A DNA stretch of 64,000 nucleotides from Bacteroidaceae bacterium. GTDB lineage: Bacteria; Bacteroidota; Bacteroidia; Bacteroidales; Barnesiellaceae_A. Made by a program: the position numbers and the translations under genes. The notes below the pieces were generated by a model. That model saw only the letters and a program-made list of their open reading frames with translations. It searched no databases and had not been told where the DNA came from. This document shows, in pieces, positions 9,782 to 20,110 of this stretch. Numbering within the stretch: the stretch's first letter is position 1; each line of letters begins with the position of its first letter. The DNA lies in contig JAFUOV010000009.1 of NCBI GenBank assembly GCA_017481745.1, positions 130,823 to 194,822 of the forward strand, read 5' to 3'.

Positions 9782-10675
9782 TTATTCAACGTCGGTATGC
9801 GCCTCATCAACAAGTTTCAACAGATACTTGCCATACTGATTTTTTATCATTGGCTCGGCAAGGCTACGCATCTTATCGGCATCAATCCAACCATTGCGAT
9901 AAGCTATACCCTCAAGACAAGCTATCTTCAAGCCTTGGCGTTTCTCTATCACCTCAACAAAAATCGACGCCTCGGCAAGCGAGTCATGCGTGCCGGTATC
10001 CAACCACGCAAATCCTCTGCCAAGGGTTTGCACCTTCAGCTGGTTGTCGGCAAGGAAGTGCTGGTTGACGGTTGTTATCTCCAGCTCGCCACGTGCCGAC
10101 GGCTTGATACCCTTTGCCACCTCTACTACCTTGTTGGGGTAGAAGTATATACCCACAACGGCATAGTTCGATTTCGGATGCTCGGGCTTCTCCTCTATCG
10201 AGAGGCAATTACCATCTTTGTCAAACTCGGCTACGCCATAGCGCTCGGGATCTTCCACGCGGTAACCAAACACCGTCGCTCTATCGTTCTGCTCGGCATC
10301 GGCAACTGCCTGCTGCAACATCTGCGAAAATCCTGCTCCATGGAAAATATTATCGCCCAAGACAAGACACACAGCATCATCGCCTATAAAATCTTCTCCT
10401 ATGAGAAATGCCTGCGCAAGGCCATCGGGCGACGGCTGCTCGGCATACTCAAAGCGCACTCCATAATCGCTTCCATCGCCAAGTAGACGTCTAAATGACG
10501 GTAGGTCGGCGGGGGTAGAGATAATGAGTATTTCTCTTATCCCTGCCAGCATCAATGCCGATATCGGATAATAAACCATCGGTTTGTCGTAAATAGGCAA
10601 CAACTGCTTACTCACGCCCTTGGTTATCGGGTACAATCGTGTACCACTGCCTCCTGCCAGAACTATGCCTTTCAT
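9782..10675 (-). CDS. rfbA: Glucose-1-phosphate thymidylyltransferase
   Basis: [19 protein letters not shown]-terminus. The track start at 10681 is a TTG; the first ATG is at 10675. Confidence 0.95.
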   Translation of the reverse strand: MKGIVLAGGSGTRLYPITKGVSKQLLPIYDKPMVYYPISALMLAGIREILIISTPADLPSFRRLLGDGSDYGVRFEYAEQPSPDGLAQAFLIGEDFIGDDAVCLVLGDNIFHGAGFSQMLQQAVADAEQNDRATVFGYRVEDPERYGVAEFDKDGNCLSIEEKPEHPKSNYAVVGIYFYPNKVVEVAKGIKPSARGELEITTVNQHFLADNQLKVQTLGRGFAWLDTGTHDSLAEASIFVEVIEKRQGLKIACLEGIAYRNGWIDADKMRSLAEPMIKNQYGKYLLKLVDEAHTDVE

Positions 10676-10923
10676 AGCCAAGTCTTATTTACTGTTTTAT
10701 CTTTTAAATTCAATCTATTGTATTGATATTCAGTGTTAAACGCAAAACCTGTATGCGCAGCTCACGCACTCGGTTCACGTCAAAACACAATAATACAAAT
10801 ATACGTTACAAATTTAAAAGTTTTTCCTCAATTTAAGAAACAACATCACATAAAAGTTAGCACAATATCTACAACAAAATATGCCACAACTGCTACTCTC
10901 TTATTCTTCCTATCACATTCATC

Positions 10924-10969
10924 ATAAAAAAAACTGCACCGACCTCTTCCTTGCGGTAGAAGCCGGCAC
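10924..10969 (-). terminator. Intrinsic terminator after the RND operon
   Basis: The hairpin pairs fully, with G-U wobbles, only in minus sense. It is followed by an 8-nt U run (A run 10924-10931 on plus) and lies about 28 nt after the RND pump stop. Confidence 0.6.
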
Positions 10970-10996
10970 AGCCAAGTTTAGTATCAGATTAAAATA

Positions 10997-13900
10997 TTAT
11001 TCTTCTTTCTTGGGCTCTTCTTCTGCATCCTCCTTCTTTACGGCGACTTTATCGCTGAAGATATTCGACAAATACTTCTCTTGGAACGACTGCATCATCA
11101 CCCAGAAGTTGGGTACAAACAATGTTCCTAACAACGTATTGGCAAGCATACCGAATACAACTGCTGCACCTAACGAAATACGGCTGGCAGCACCCGCACC
11201 CGAGGCAAATAGCAACGGCAATACACCGATAACAAATGCCAACGAAGTCATCAAGATAGGACGCAAACGCAAGCGACCGGCATCAATAGCAGCATCTTTA
11301 ATGGGTATGCCTTCCTTGCGATAGTCGCGGGCAAACTCTACAATAAGAATTGCATTCTTTGCCGACAGGGCTATGAGCAGGATAACACCGATCTGTGTAT
11401 AAATACTTATCGACTCGCCCATAATCCAGCAACCTATCACCGTTCCAAGTATTGCGGTGGGCAGCGACATGATTACTGCAATGGGGTCGGTCCAGCTCTC
11501 ATATTGTGCTGCCAATACAAATACTACCAACACAATGGCAAGAGCAAAGATGATTGTTACCGACGAGCCCGACTCTTTCTCTTGTTGCGCTGTACCGGTC
11601 CAACTCAAGGCATAGTTTGTTCCCAGCGTATTCTCTACCAACTTCTCGGTATCGGCAATACCTTGTGCCGAGCTGGCTCCATCGGCAGGAATACAAGTGA
11701 TAGATGCCGACGGATACATATTGAAGCGGGTTACAAGGTTCTGACCCATAACCGATTGTGCCGATGTAAAGGCTGCAAATGGCACCATATCGCCATTCTT
11801 GTTCTTTACGCTCAACTTCATCACATCTTCGATATTGGCACGCGATTGTGCCTCGGCACTTATCTTCACTTGATATACGCGACCAAAGTCGGTAAAGTCG
11901 TTCACATAACTTGCACCCATCTGGAAGGCAAGGGCTTTAAATACATCGTTGATATTCACACCCATCAACTCTATCTTGCTACGGTCAAATTGCAAGAAGT
12001 ATTGAGGGGTTGCTCCTTCAAAGAACGAGGTGATTGAGGCAAGGGCGGGGTAGTCCTTCAGGTTGTTGCGCAACGATGCCAACGCTGTCTCTATACCGGT
12101 TACTCCCTCATTGTTGATATCTTCGAGTTGCCACTCAAGACCTCCTGTCGAGCCAAGACCTTGTATCGTTGGCGGGTTGACGGCAAAGATTATTGCCTCT
12201 TCTATCGCCGCGGCATCGCGGTTGATACGTGCCACTACGGCATCCGAGCTATGCTCTTTGCCGGGACGGTCGTGCCAGTGGTCGAGCACAACAAAGAATG
12301 TTGCCAAGTTCGACGATTGTGAGCCGAAGAGCGACGAGAAACCATTGATTACAAGTACGCTCTCTACCTCTGGATAAGCCGAGATTGTCTTTTGCAATCG
12401 CTCTGTTACCTCGGTGGTACGGTCGAGCGACGATGCATTGGGCAGCTGCACCGATGCTATTACATAACCCAGGTCCTCGGCGGGTATAAATGAGGTGGGC
12501 CACTTCATAAAGCCGTAGAATGCCGCTACCGACAAGGCGATAAATACGGTCATCGCAATTACAGGCTTCTTAATCATTGATGTGATTAATTTCACATACC
12601 CCGACAATGTTACATCAAATGCCTTGTTGAAACCGCGATACAAGAAGAATTTTGTCTCGCGCGTGGGTTGCAAGAATAAGGCACACAACGCGGGGGTAAG
12701 GGTCAGTGAGTTCAATCCACTGAATATGGTTGCAACAGCGATTGTCAAGGCAAATTGTTTATACAATACGCCGGTAATACCACCGATAAATGCTGTGGGG
12801 ATAAACACCGACAACAGTACCAATACCACACCGATAACAGGTCCTGTTATCTCTTCCATAGCCTTGATAACTGCCTCTTGTCGGGTATAACGCCCCGTAT
12901 CGAGCAGGCGCGTCGCGTTCTCCACCACCACAATAGCATCGTCTACAACAATGGCAATAGCAAGCACAAGACCAAAGAGGGTGAGGGTATTAATCGAGAA
13001 GCCCAACACTTGCATGACGGCAAATGTCGCAACCAACGATACCGGAATAGTGAGCGAGGGGATAATCACTGCGCGGAAGTTCTGCAAGAACAAGAGTATT
13101 ACCAACATCACAATCAACGTGGTCTCTACAAAGGTTATCAACACCTCTTCGATTGATGCGGTTACAAACTCGGTGGTATCAAGCACCACTTCATACTCTA
13201 CACCCTCGGGAAAGTACTTCTGCAATTCGTCCATCTTCTCGCGCACACCGTTGGCAACATCGAGCGCATTTGAACCGGGCAATTGGTAGATACCTATTGC
13301 GGCTGTCTCTTTGCCATTGAGTTTCGACGAGATGTTATATGCTGCACTTCCCAACTCAATGTCGGCAACATCTTTCAGTCGCAGATAGCCACCATCTTTG
13401 TTAGTGCGCAAGATGATGTCGCCAAATTGCGACACATCATTCATCATTCCCTCGGTCTTGAGGGTAAATTGGAATGCCTCGGGCATAGCTACCGGTTGTT
13501 GTCCCACACTACCGGCGGGCGATACAACGTTCTGTGCAGCTATGGCATTATACACCTCGGCAGCTGTGATGCCACGCATCTGCATGATGTCGGGCTTGAG
13601 CCACACGCGCATGCTATACTCGTCGGCACCAAACACCGATACACTACCGATACCCGGCAGACGCGACAACTCGTCGGTTACTTTCAACTTGGCATAGTTC
13701 GACAAGTACAAGCCATCATACTCGGGCTTGTCCGAGCGCAATGCAACGAACAACACGATGCTGGTCGATTGCTTCTGTGTCGTGATACCTTGCTCTATAA
13801 CTGCCTGTGGCAACGAGTTTTGCGCAGTGCTCACGCGGTTTTGCACCAATACGGTTGCCATGTCAATATCGGTTCCTACCTCAAAGGTGATAGTAAGTGT

Positions 13901-14167
13901 ATACTGTCCGGTCGACGACGAAACAGAGTTCATATAAATCATGCCCTCAACACCATTCACCTGTTGCTCGATGGGCACACCCACCGTCTCGGCTATGGTC
14001 TCTGCATCGGCTCCGGGATAGAATGCCGTTACCTGTACGGTTGGTGGGGTTATCTCGGGGTACTGCGCAATAGGCAATGTAAACAGCGTTATACCGCCTG
14101 CCAGCACCATCACCAATGCCAATACGGTGGCAAATATAGGATGCTTTACAAAAAACTTCGATAACAT
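10997..14167 (-). CDS. RND multidrug efflux pump, inner-membrane component (AcrB/HAE1 family)
   Basis: 1056 aa with 12-TM RND architecture and the typical N-terminus [17 protein letters not shown]. Confidence 0.9.
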   Translation of the reverse strand: MLSKFFVKHPIFATVLALVMVLAGGITLFTLPIAQYPEITPPTVQVTAFYPGADAETIAETVGVPIEQQVNGVEGMIYMNSVSSSTGQYTLTITFEVGTDIDMATVLVQNRVSTAQNSLPQAVIEQGITTQKQSTSIVLFVALRSDKPEYDGLYLSNYAKLKVTDELSRLPGIGSVSVFGADEYSMRVWLKPDIMQMRGITAAEVYNAIAAQNVVSPAGSVGQQPVAMPEAFQFTLKTEGMMNDVSQFGDIILRTNKDGGYLRLKDVADIELGSAAYNISSKLNGKETAAIGIYQLPGSNALDVANGVREKMDELQKYFPEGVEYEVVLDTTEFVTASIEEVLITFVETTLIVMLVILLFLQNFRAVIIPSLTIPVSLVATFAVMQVLGFSINTLTLFGLVLAIAIVVDDAIVVVENATRLLDTGRYTRQEAVIKAMEEITGPVIGVVLVLLSVFIPTAFIGGITGVLYKQFALTIAVATIFSGLNSLTLTPALCALFLQPTRETKFFLYRGFNKAFDVTLSGYVKLITSMIKKPVIAMTVFIALSVAAFYGFMKWPTSFIPAEDLGYVIASVQLPNASSLDRTTEVTERLQKTISAYPEVESVLVINGFSSLFGSQSSNLATFFVVLDHWHDRPGKEHSSDAVVARINRDAAAIEEAIIFAVNPPTIQGLGSTGGLEWQLEDINNEGVTGIETALASLRNNLKDYPALASITSFFEGATPQYFLQFDRSKIELMGVNINDVFKALAFQMGASYVNDFTDFGRVYQVKISAEAQSRANIEDVMKLSVKNKNGDMVPFAAFTSAQSVMGQNLVTRFNMYPSASITCIPADGASSAQGIADTEKLVENTLGTNYALSWTGTAQQEKESGSSVTIIFALAIVLVVFVLAAQYESWTDPIAVIMSLPTAILGTVIGCWIMGESISIYTQIGVILLIALSAKNAILIVEFARDYRKEGIPIKDAAIDAGRLRLRPILMTSLAFVIGVLPLLFASGAGAASRISLGAAVVFGMLANTLLGTLFVPNFWVMMQSFQEKYLSNIFSDKVAVKKEDAEEEPKKEE

Positions 14168-14206
14168 AAAATCTCTCTTTTACTATATGAATATCTCTTT
14201 TGCCTA

Positions 14207-15316
14207 TCACTCTACAGGATTGATTGTCATGCCCTCGCGCACCTTTTGCAGTGCCTTGGTTACATACATATCTCCTGCCGCAATACCTTGGTTCACTACG
14301 CGCAACGAGTCTTGATACAACTCACCAATCTCTATGTGGCGCAACTCTACGCGGTTCGAGTCGTTCACTACATATACATATTTACCAAGTTGGTCGGTCC
14401 CTATTGAGGCATCATGCACCAAGATGGCTTTTTGGCTACGAGAGTAGGGCATATGTATGGTGGCATACATACCGTGCTTCAAGTCGCCATAAGGGTTTTT
14501 CACAACCACACGCACCTTCAATGTTCCGGTAGCAAGGTCGATGTTGGGAGCAATATAGTCTATATGACCGCGATATTCGTGAGGAAGCGGTTCGCTGAAT
14601 GTAAATTTTACGTTGTCTTGTGCAAGCTTGGTATTGTTCTTCTTCAAGTTCTGGATGAGTTTCATATATTGTGCATCGTCGATGCTGAAGTATGCAAACA
14701 ACTCATTGTCTTGATAGATGGTTGCCAATTTATCCTTCACGCCGGGAGTCAGATAGTCGCCTGTTCCATAGTTCGACGATGTGGCACGACCCGAGAAGGG
14801 CGCGCGTACATAGCAATAGTCGAGCTGTGTGCGTGCGGTTTGCAAGGCTGCCTCGGCACTCTTGATAGCTGCCTCGGCTTTGTAGTATGCAGCCTCCGAT
14901 TTGATAAGGTCTATCTCGCTGATAGCGTTGCTGTTGGCTACATCTTTCATGCGGTGATAGTTGTTTTCGGCATAGTAAAACTCCGACTTGGCTGTTGCAA
15001 GTGCTGCCTCGGCTTGAGCTACCGCATCTTCATATTGTGTGGGTTCGATGATAAAGAGGGTATCTCCTTTATTCACCCATTGTCCTGCTGTATAGAGCGA
15101 TGCCTCTTGATAGCCACTCACACGTGCCACGAGGTCTACATAGCTGATAGCCTCAAGATAGCCGGGATATGAGGCAAACAAGGTTACTGAATCTTCCATA
15201 GCTCGTGCTACTGAAATATCGGGCGCTGCCGGGGCTACGGCACTCTTTTCATCATTTTTACAGCCTACCAAGATGGTTGTGGCAAGCAATAACGACAAGA
15301 TAATACGATTGTTCAT
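14207..15316 (-). CDS. RND efflux periplasmic adaptor (membrane fusion protein)
   Basis: 369 aa with a lipoprotein signal (LVGC) and coiled-coil hairpin region. Positioned between the OMF and RND genes. Confidence 0.85.
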   Translation of the reverse strand: MNNRIILSLLLATTILVGCKNDEKSAVAPAAPDISVARAMEDSVTLFASYPGYLEAISYVDLVARVSGYQEASLYTAGQWVNKGDTLFIIEPTQYEDAVAQAEAALATAKSEFYYAENNYHRMKDVANSNAISEIDLIKSEAAYYKAEAAIKSAEAALQTARTQLDYCYVRAPFSGRATSSNYGTGDYLTPGVKDKLATIYQDNELFAYFSIDDAQYMKLIQNLKKNNTKLAQDNVKFTFSEPLPHEYRGHIDYIAPNIDLATGTLKVRVVVKNPYGDLKHGMYATIHMPYSRSQKAILVHDASIGTDQLGKYVYVVNDSNRVELRHIEIGELYQDSLRVVNQGIAAGDMYVTKALQKVREGMTINPVE

Positions 15317-15339
15317 AATGGTATGTTTTTTGTAGATTA

Positions 15340-16752
15340 TTATTTTTCATTATTCCAGCCTCCACCCAATGCCTGATAGAGGTTTACCAACGCAAGCGCT
15401 GCCGAGCCACGTGTCGACTCAAGGCTGTTTTGATATGTAAGCATCTGACGTTGTGCATCAAGTACGGTTTGGAAGTCGATAAGACCGTTTTTATAAAGGT
15501 CGAGCGACAGGTCGAGGGTGCGTTGTCCCTCGTTGACAAGCTCTCGCAAGAATACAAGTTGTTTCACGCGGTTCTTGTACGACGACATGGCGCTCTCTAC
15601 CTCTTGAACAGCTGTCAAGACGGTGTTATTGTAGTTCTCTACGGCTACTTGCATTTGAGCCTTGGCGGCATTATGTGCCTGTATGCGCTCTGTTCCGTTG
15701 AAGAGTGTCCACTTAAACGTAGGTGTGATGTTGTATGCCAACGAACCCCTCTCAAAGAACTTGGCAGGGTCGTGCGAGGCATAGCCCACGCTACCATTTA
15801 GCGACACCGAAGGCAAGAAGTCGGTAACTGCTATGCCCACAGCGGCTGCTTGTGCTGCAATGTTATATTCGGCTTGTCGCAAGTCGGGGCGACGGCGCAA
15901 CAAGTCGTAGGGGATACCCACACTCACCATTTGCAAGAACTCTATCTGCTCGGCAGGAGCAGCAAGGCGTGCATACACCTCGTTGGGATATACACCCAGC
16001 AGCACCGCGATGATGTTTATCTGATTGTCGATAGCGGCTTGCAGTTGAGGAATAGAAGCGCGAGTGTTGTAGTAGACGGTTTTGGCTTGTGCCACATCGA
16101 GTGCCGATGCCAAGCCGGTATCAAAACGTGTCTCGGTAATGCGCAATACTGCTTGTTGCGAGAGAATATGGCTCTCTGCCACACGCATCTGCGACTGATA
16201 GGTACGCAACGTGATATATTGCGATGCAAGTTGCGAGCATAGCGCAATCATCACCCCGTTATACTCCTCTTTGGTAGCATTGTATTGCTCCTTACCCTCC
16301 TTGGCGCGGAAGTAGATTTTTCCGAAGAGGTCTATCTCCCAGCTCACCGACAAGCCTGCCTCCATGTAGCGCATCAACGATGGGTCGGTCGATGTCGAGC
16401 CGAGGTTGCCACTTGTTTGGTTATTCACCCATGAGCCATTGACACCTATCACCGGCGAATACCCAGCCAAGGCGCTATTATACATAGACTTCGCAACCTT
16501 CACACGTTGAGCGGCTGCAAGCAGATTGTGGTTGTTGGCTACCGCCTCATCTACAAGTGCTGTCAGGCAAGTGTCGCCCAACGACAGCCACCACATATCA
16601 TCGGCAGGCGATACCGAGTTCATCAGCGAGTCGCTGCTCCATGCCGTTGGCATCGGCTCCGACAGGTAGTCGCGTGCTTCGGCTCGCAGTGCCACTCCGC
16701 ACATCAATGCACCTATGCATAGCATAGTGCAAATTCTTTTACAAAAATTCAT
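15340..16752 (-). CDS. TolC/NodT-family outer-membrane efflux protein
   Basis: Two OEP repeats. The start was moved to ATG 16752 (MNFCKRICTMLCIGALMCGVALRAEA signal); the track extension is AT-rich leader. Confidence 0.8.
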   Translation of the reverse strand: MNFCKRICTMLCIGALMCGVALRAEARDYLSEPMPTAWSSDSLMNSVSPADDMWWLSLGDTCLTALVDEAVANNHNLLAAAQRVKVAKSMYNSALAGYSPVIGVNGSWVNNQTSGNLGSTSTDPSLMRYMEAGLSVSWEIDLFGKIYFRAKEGKEQYNATKEEYNGVMIALCSQLASQYITLRTYQSQMRVAESHILSQQAVLRITETRFDTGLASALDVAQAKTVYYNTRASIPQLQAAIDNQINIIAVLLGVYPNEVYARLAAPAEQIEFLQMVSVGIPYDLLRRRPDLRQAEYNIAAQAAAVGIAVTDFLPSVSLNGSVGYASHDPAKFFERGSLAYNITPTFKWTLFNGTERIQAHNAAKAQMQVAVENYNNTVLTAVQEVESAMSSYKNRVKQLVFLRELVNEGQRTLDLSLDLYKNGLIDFQTVLDAQRQMLTYQNSLESTRGSAALALVNLYQALGGGWNNEK

Positions 16753-16798
16753 AAAATCTATATTTATAATAATATTATCTACAATATATATATTCATG

Positions 16799-16806
16799 CA
16801 AAAATA
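16799..16806 (-). promoter_or_regulatory. -7 promoter box (TATTTTTG) for the efflux operon
   Basis: The reverse complement of caaaaata lies about 45 nt upstream of ATG 16752. Confidence 0.4.
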
Positions 16807-16917
16807 TGAATTTAATTCTATCGCACAAACATTTGTCGCCAAAAACTACACATCCTGTGGAAAACTCTCATCACGCACCGCCAATCTGTTGTGAAAATTG
16901 TTATCTCTTTGCTATAC

Positions 16918-16953
16918 AAAAAAATACCCTTCTGCAATATTATACAGAAGGGT
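16918..16953 (-). terminator. Intrinsic terminator ending the ssb...lipoprotein gene string
   Basis: 9-bp stem acccttctg/cagaagggt followed in minus sense by a U7 run. It lies 30 nt after the stop at 16984. Confidence 0.65.
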
Positions 16954-16983
16954 AATTCTATTTATTGACAAAATCAATTTCCT

Positions 16984-17355
16984 TTATTCAAATATGAGGC
17001 GACCTTTTACCTCGCCGCGGATGTTTTCGATTACCATCAACACATCTTTCTGCTTGGCAGCTTTCTTGCAGTTCTCTACCTCGATGTAGAGTTTGGCATG
17101 AAACGTCTCACCCTCAATCATATAGATATTATCCACCACTTTGGTAGCTTTTACTTCATAACGTTTCTCGCGTACTTGAGCCGGCAGCAGTGTCATTTTG
17201 TGCACACCCACGTGGTTGTCGGCTGTTACCACACGCCAAGTTGAGGGGTGATTGACTCTGGCATCATGATATACACCTACGATATTGTACTGTTTGGCGG
17301 CGCTCACAGTAAGGCATCCAAGCACAAGAGTGAGCATAAGGAGCAATTTTTTCAT
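16984..17355 (-). CDS. Small secreted protein / probable lipoprotein, function unknown
   Basis: 123 aa with signal peptide MKKLLLMLTLVLGC. Lies 9 nt downstream of the GH25 gene. Confidence 0.6.
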   Translation of the reverse strand: MKKLLLMLTLVLGCLTVSAAKQYNIVGVYHDARVNHPSTWRVVTADNHVGVHKMTLLPAQVREKRYEVKATKVVDNIYMIEGETFHAKLYIEVENCKKAAKQKDVLMVIENIRGEVKGRLIFE

Positions 17356-17364
17356 AATTGATTA

Positions 17365-18126
17365 TTATAAGTTAGTTATTGGTTTTGCGAGTGATATATC
17401 TTCCAAGTTCATTTCTCCATAAAGCGTATTGAGGTCGACATCGCCTTTTATACCTTCAATACGACCGCGGTTGCTATATTGCCACAAGCCACATTGGCGG
17501 TTGTCCTCGAGTGTGGGGTGGGGCTTATATTTGTATATACCATAGCGGGCTATCCACAAGATATGGCTATCGAACGATTGTTGCAACATTACGTTGTAGT
17601 AGCGTTGGTGAGTATATATGATAGGACGCACACCCCATTGAGCCTCGACAAGTGTGGTGAACTTTTTGAGGCTGTCGCATATCTGCTTGCTGGGTTTGTG
17701 CCCGCGCTCTTCCACGTCGATAACGGGTATGAGGTCTTGCGTAGAGATGCTCACCATCTGCATGAAGTTGTTGTATTGTTGCTCGACGGGTATCTCGGGA
17801 CGGAAGTAGTGATAGCTGCCCACTGCAATGCCTGCTGCACGTGCATGCTCGGTATTGTACTTGTATCGGGTATCTTGATGCCCCGCGCCTTCGCTGGCTT
17901 TGATGTAGGCAAATTTTATCATGCCGCTTTTGGCAACGGTTTGCCAGTCTATCTCGCCTTGGTGGTGCGAGATGTCGATGCCTTGTTTCTCTATATCGCC
18001 ATGATCGCCCACTTCATCGGCGCGTAGTAGCAGCAGTATGCTTGCGGCTATGGCTACAACAGCTATGGCAAAGGCTATGGTGATGCCTATACCTATGTTG
18101 CGCGATGTTTTAGTTGGCTTTCTCAT
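17365..18126 (-). CDS. Glycoside hydrolase family 25 muramidase with N-terminal membrane anchor
   Basis: 253 aa with TM segment IGIGITIAFAIAVVAIAASILLLL. GH25 motifs GIDISHHQGEIDW and AYIKASEG are present. Confidence 0.85.
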   Translation of the reverse strand: MRKPTKTSRNIGIGITIAFAIAVVAIAASILLLLRADEVGDHGDIEKQGIDISHHQGEIDWQTVAKSGMIKFAYIKASEGAGHQDTRYKYNTEHARAAGIAVGSYHYFRPEIPVEQQYNNFMQMVSISTQDLIPVIDVEERGHKPSKQICDSLKKFTTLVEAQWGVRPIIYTHQRYYNVMLQQSFDSHILWIARYGIYKYKPHPTLEDNRQCGLWQYSNRGRIEGIKGDVDLNTLYGEMNLEDISLAKPITNL

Positions 18127-18142
18127 GTTGCGATGATAGGGG

Positions 18143-18559
18143 TTACTCTATGGTTATGCTGCGGCTCTCATCGTCGTTGACGGTGATACGCACAGCCACT
18201 GTGTCATCGGGTAGCAGTTCGGCAATATTCTCGGGCCATTCTATCAGGCACAGATTGCCGCTGTCAAAGTAGTCGGGGCAACCCATATCCAACGCCTCTA
18301 CTATCTTGTTGATGCGATAGCAGTCGAAGTGGTATATGGTATCGCCGTTGCCGGCTTCATACTCATTGACGATGGCAAACGTGGGGCTGTTGATGACATC
18401 TTGCACGCCCAGCTCCTCGCAAACGGCTTTGATAAAGGTAGTCTTGCCGGCGCCCATATTGCCATAGAAGGCAAATACCGTAGCAGTGCCTATGTGGTCG
18501 ATAAAGGCGCGAGCTGCCTCACGTATGTGGTCTATATCTTGTATCTCTATGCGGTACAT
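18143..18559 (-). CDS. tsaE: tRNA t6A biosynthesis ATPase TsaE
   Basis: 138 aa with the P-loop [10 protein letters not shown] and a size typical of YjeE/TsaE. Confidence 0.85.
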   Translation of the reverse strand: MYRIEIQDIDHIREAARAFIDHIGTATVFAFYGNMGAGKTTFIKAVCEELGVQDVINSPTFAIVNEYEAGNGDTIYHFDCYRINKIVEALDMGCPDYFDSGNLCLIEWPENIAELLPDDTVAVRITVNDDESRSITIE

Positions 18560-18565
18560 TATTCT

Positions 18566-20110
18566 CTATTTGGTAGTAAGGGTTATAAAAGGTATCATCA
18601 TCTCTTCCAACGATATACCACCATGTTGGAAAGTATCTTTGTAGTAACTTACGTAGTAGTTGTAGTTGTTGGGGTAGGCAAAGAAGTCGCGGTTGGTGGC
18701 AAAGATGTATGTCGAGCTGATATTGGGCGAGGGTAGCCCGTAGAGCTTCGGATTTTTTATTTCATACACTTGCTTGGGATTGTAGCTGAGCGACTTGCCT
18801 ACTTTATATCGCAAGTTGGTATTGGTATTCTTGTCGCCAATGACCTTGATAGGATTGTCTACGTGAACCGTACCATGGTCGGTGGTGAGGACGATTTTGT
18901 AACCACTCTCGGCTATCTTCTTGAACAGCTCTATTGCCGACGAGTGGCGGAACCACGACTCGGTGAGTGAGCGATATGCAGCCTCGGTCGATGCCAATTC
19001 GCGCATCATCTTCGACTCGGTGCGGGCATGCGATAGCATGTCTATAAAGTTCAGCACGCACACATTGAGGGGCTTGTCGGTAAAGCGTGAGAAGTTTTGC
19101 AGCAACTTCTCGCCGTAAGCATTCTCGTTTATCTTGCTGTATGTGAAGTCATATTTTTTGCGGAAACGGTCGAGTTGTGTCTGGATGAGCGGGGCTTCGT
19201 TGAGGTTCTTGCCTTCTTCCTCATCCTCGTCTACCCACAGCTCGGGAAACATCTCGGCTATCTTGTTGGGCATCAGACCCGAGAATATGGCGTTACGTGC
19301 ATATTGAGTGGCTGTGGGAAGGATGCTGCAATAGAGCTCCTCCTCGGCGGTGAAGTAGTTGCTGATGAGTGGTTGTATAACACGCCATTGATCGAGGCGG
19401 AAGTTGTCAATGAGGATGAAGAATAGCTTCTCGCCATTGTCGAGCATCGGAAATACGCGCTTCTTGAATAGCTCATGGCTCATCATGGGGTGGTCGTCGG
19501 TAGTAATCCACCGCTCATAGTTTTTCTTGACAAACTTGGCAAATGCGGCATTGGCCTCTACCTTCTGCATGCGCAGCAAGTCGTCCATATTGGTTGTCTC
19601 GGCATGCGACAACTGCATGTCCCAAAATACCAACTTGCGATATACCTCTTCCCAATCTTGCCACGAGGTAGAGTCGTTGATAAGACCGCCTATGCGATTA
19701 AATTCCTGCTGGTAGTTGCTGGTGGTTTCGTCCGAGATTATCTCGCGGCTGTGCAGGTTTTTCTTGATTGAGAGAAATATCTGATTGGGGTTCACCGGTT
19801 TGATGAGGTAGTCGGCTATCTTGTTGCCTATGGCTTGGTTCATGATGTCCTCTTCCTCGCTCTTGGTTATCATCACCACCGGTATCTCGGGATGCTTCTC
19901 TTTGATGCGGCTCAATGTCTCGAGTCCGCTCAAGCCCGGCATATTCTCGTCGAGAATAATGAGGTCAAATTTCTGCGCATCGCACATATCAAGGGCATCC
20001 AATCCGTTCGAAACGGTTGTGAGGCTGTAACCTTTCTGGGTGAGAAATATAATATGTGGCTTGAGCAAGTCTATCTCATCATCTGCCCATAGTATCGTCG
20101 GGTTCTTCAT
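18566..20110 (-). CDS. porX: T9SS response regulator PorX (receiver + PglZ/alkaline-phosphatase-like domain)
   Basis: 515 aa from ATG 20110 (the track start at 20146 is TTG). The receiver domain reads ILWADDE...DLIILDENMPG...KP. The C-terminal PglZ-like region contains TTDHGT. Confidence 0.85.
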   Translation of the reverse strand: MKNPTILWADDEIDLLKPHIIFLTQKGYSLTTVSNGLDALDMCDAQKFDLIILDENMPGLSGLETLSRIKEKHPEIPVVMITKSEEEDIMNQAIGNKIADYLIKPVNPNQIFLSIKKNLHSREIISDETTSNYQQEFNRIGGLINDSTSWQDWEEVYRKLVFWDMQLSHAETTNMDDLLRMQKVEANAAFAKFVKKNYERWITTDDHPMMSHELFKKRVFPMLDNGEKLFFILIDNFRLDQWRVIQPLISNYFTAEEELYCSILPTATQYARNAIFSGLMPNKIAEMFPELWVDEDEEEGKNLNEAPLIQTQLDRFRKKYDFTYSKINENAYGEKLLQNFSRFTDKPLNVCVLNFIDMLSHARTESKMMRELASTEAAYRSLTESWFRHSSAIELFKKIAESGYKIVLTTDHGTVHVDNPIKVIGDKNTNTNLRYKVGKSLSYNPKQVYEIKNPKLYGLPSPNISSTYIFATNRDFFAYPNNYNYYVSYYKDTFQHGGISLEEMMIPFITLTTK

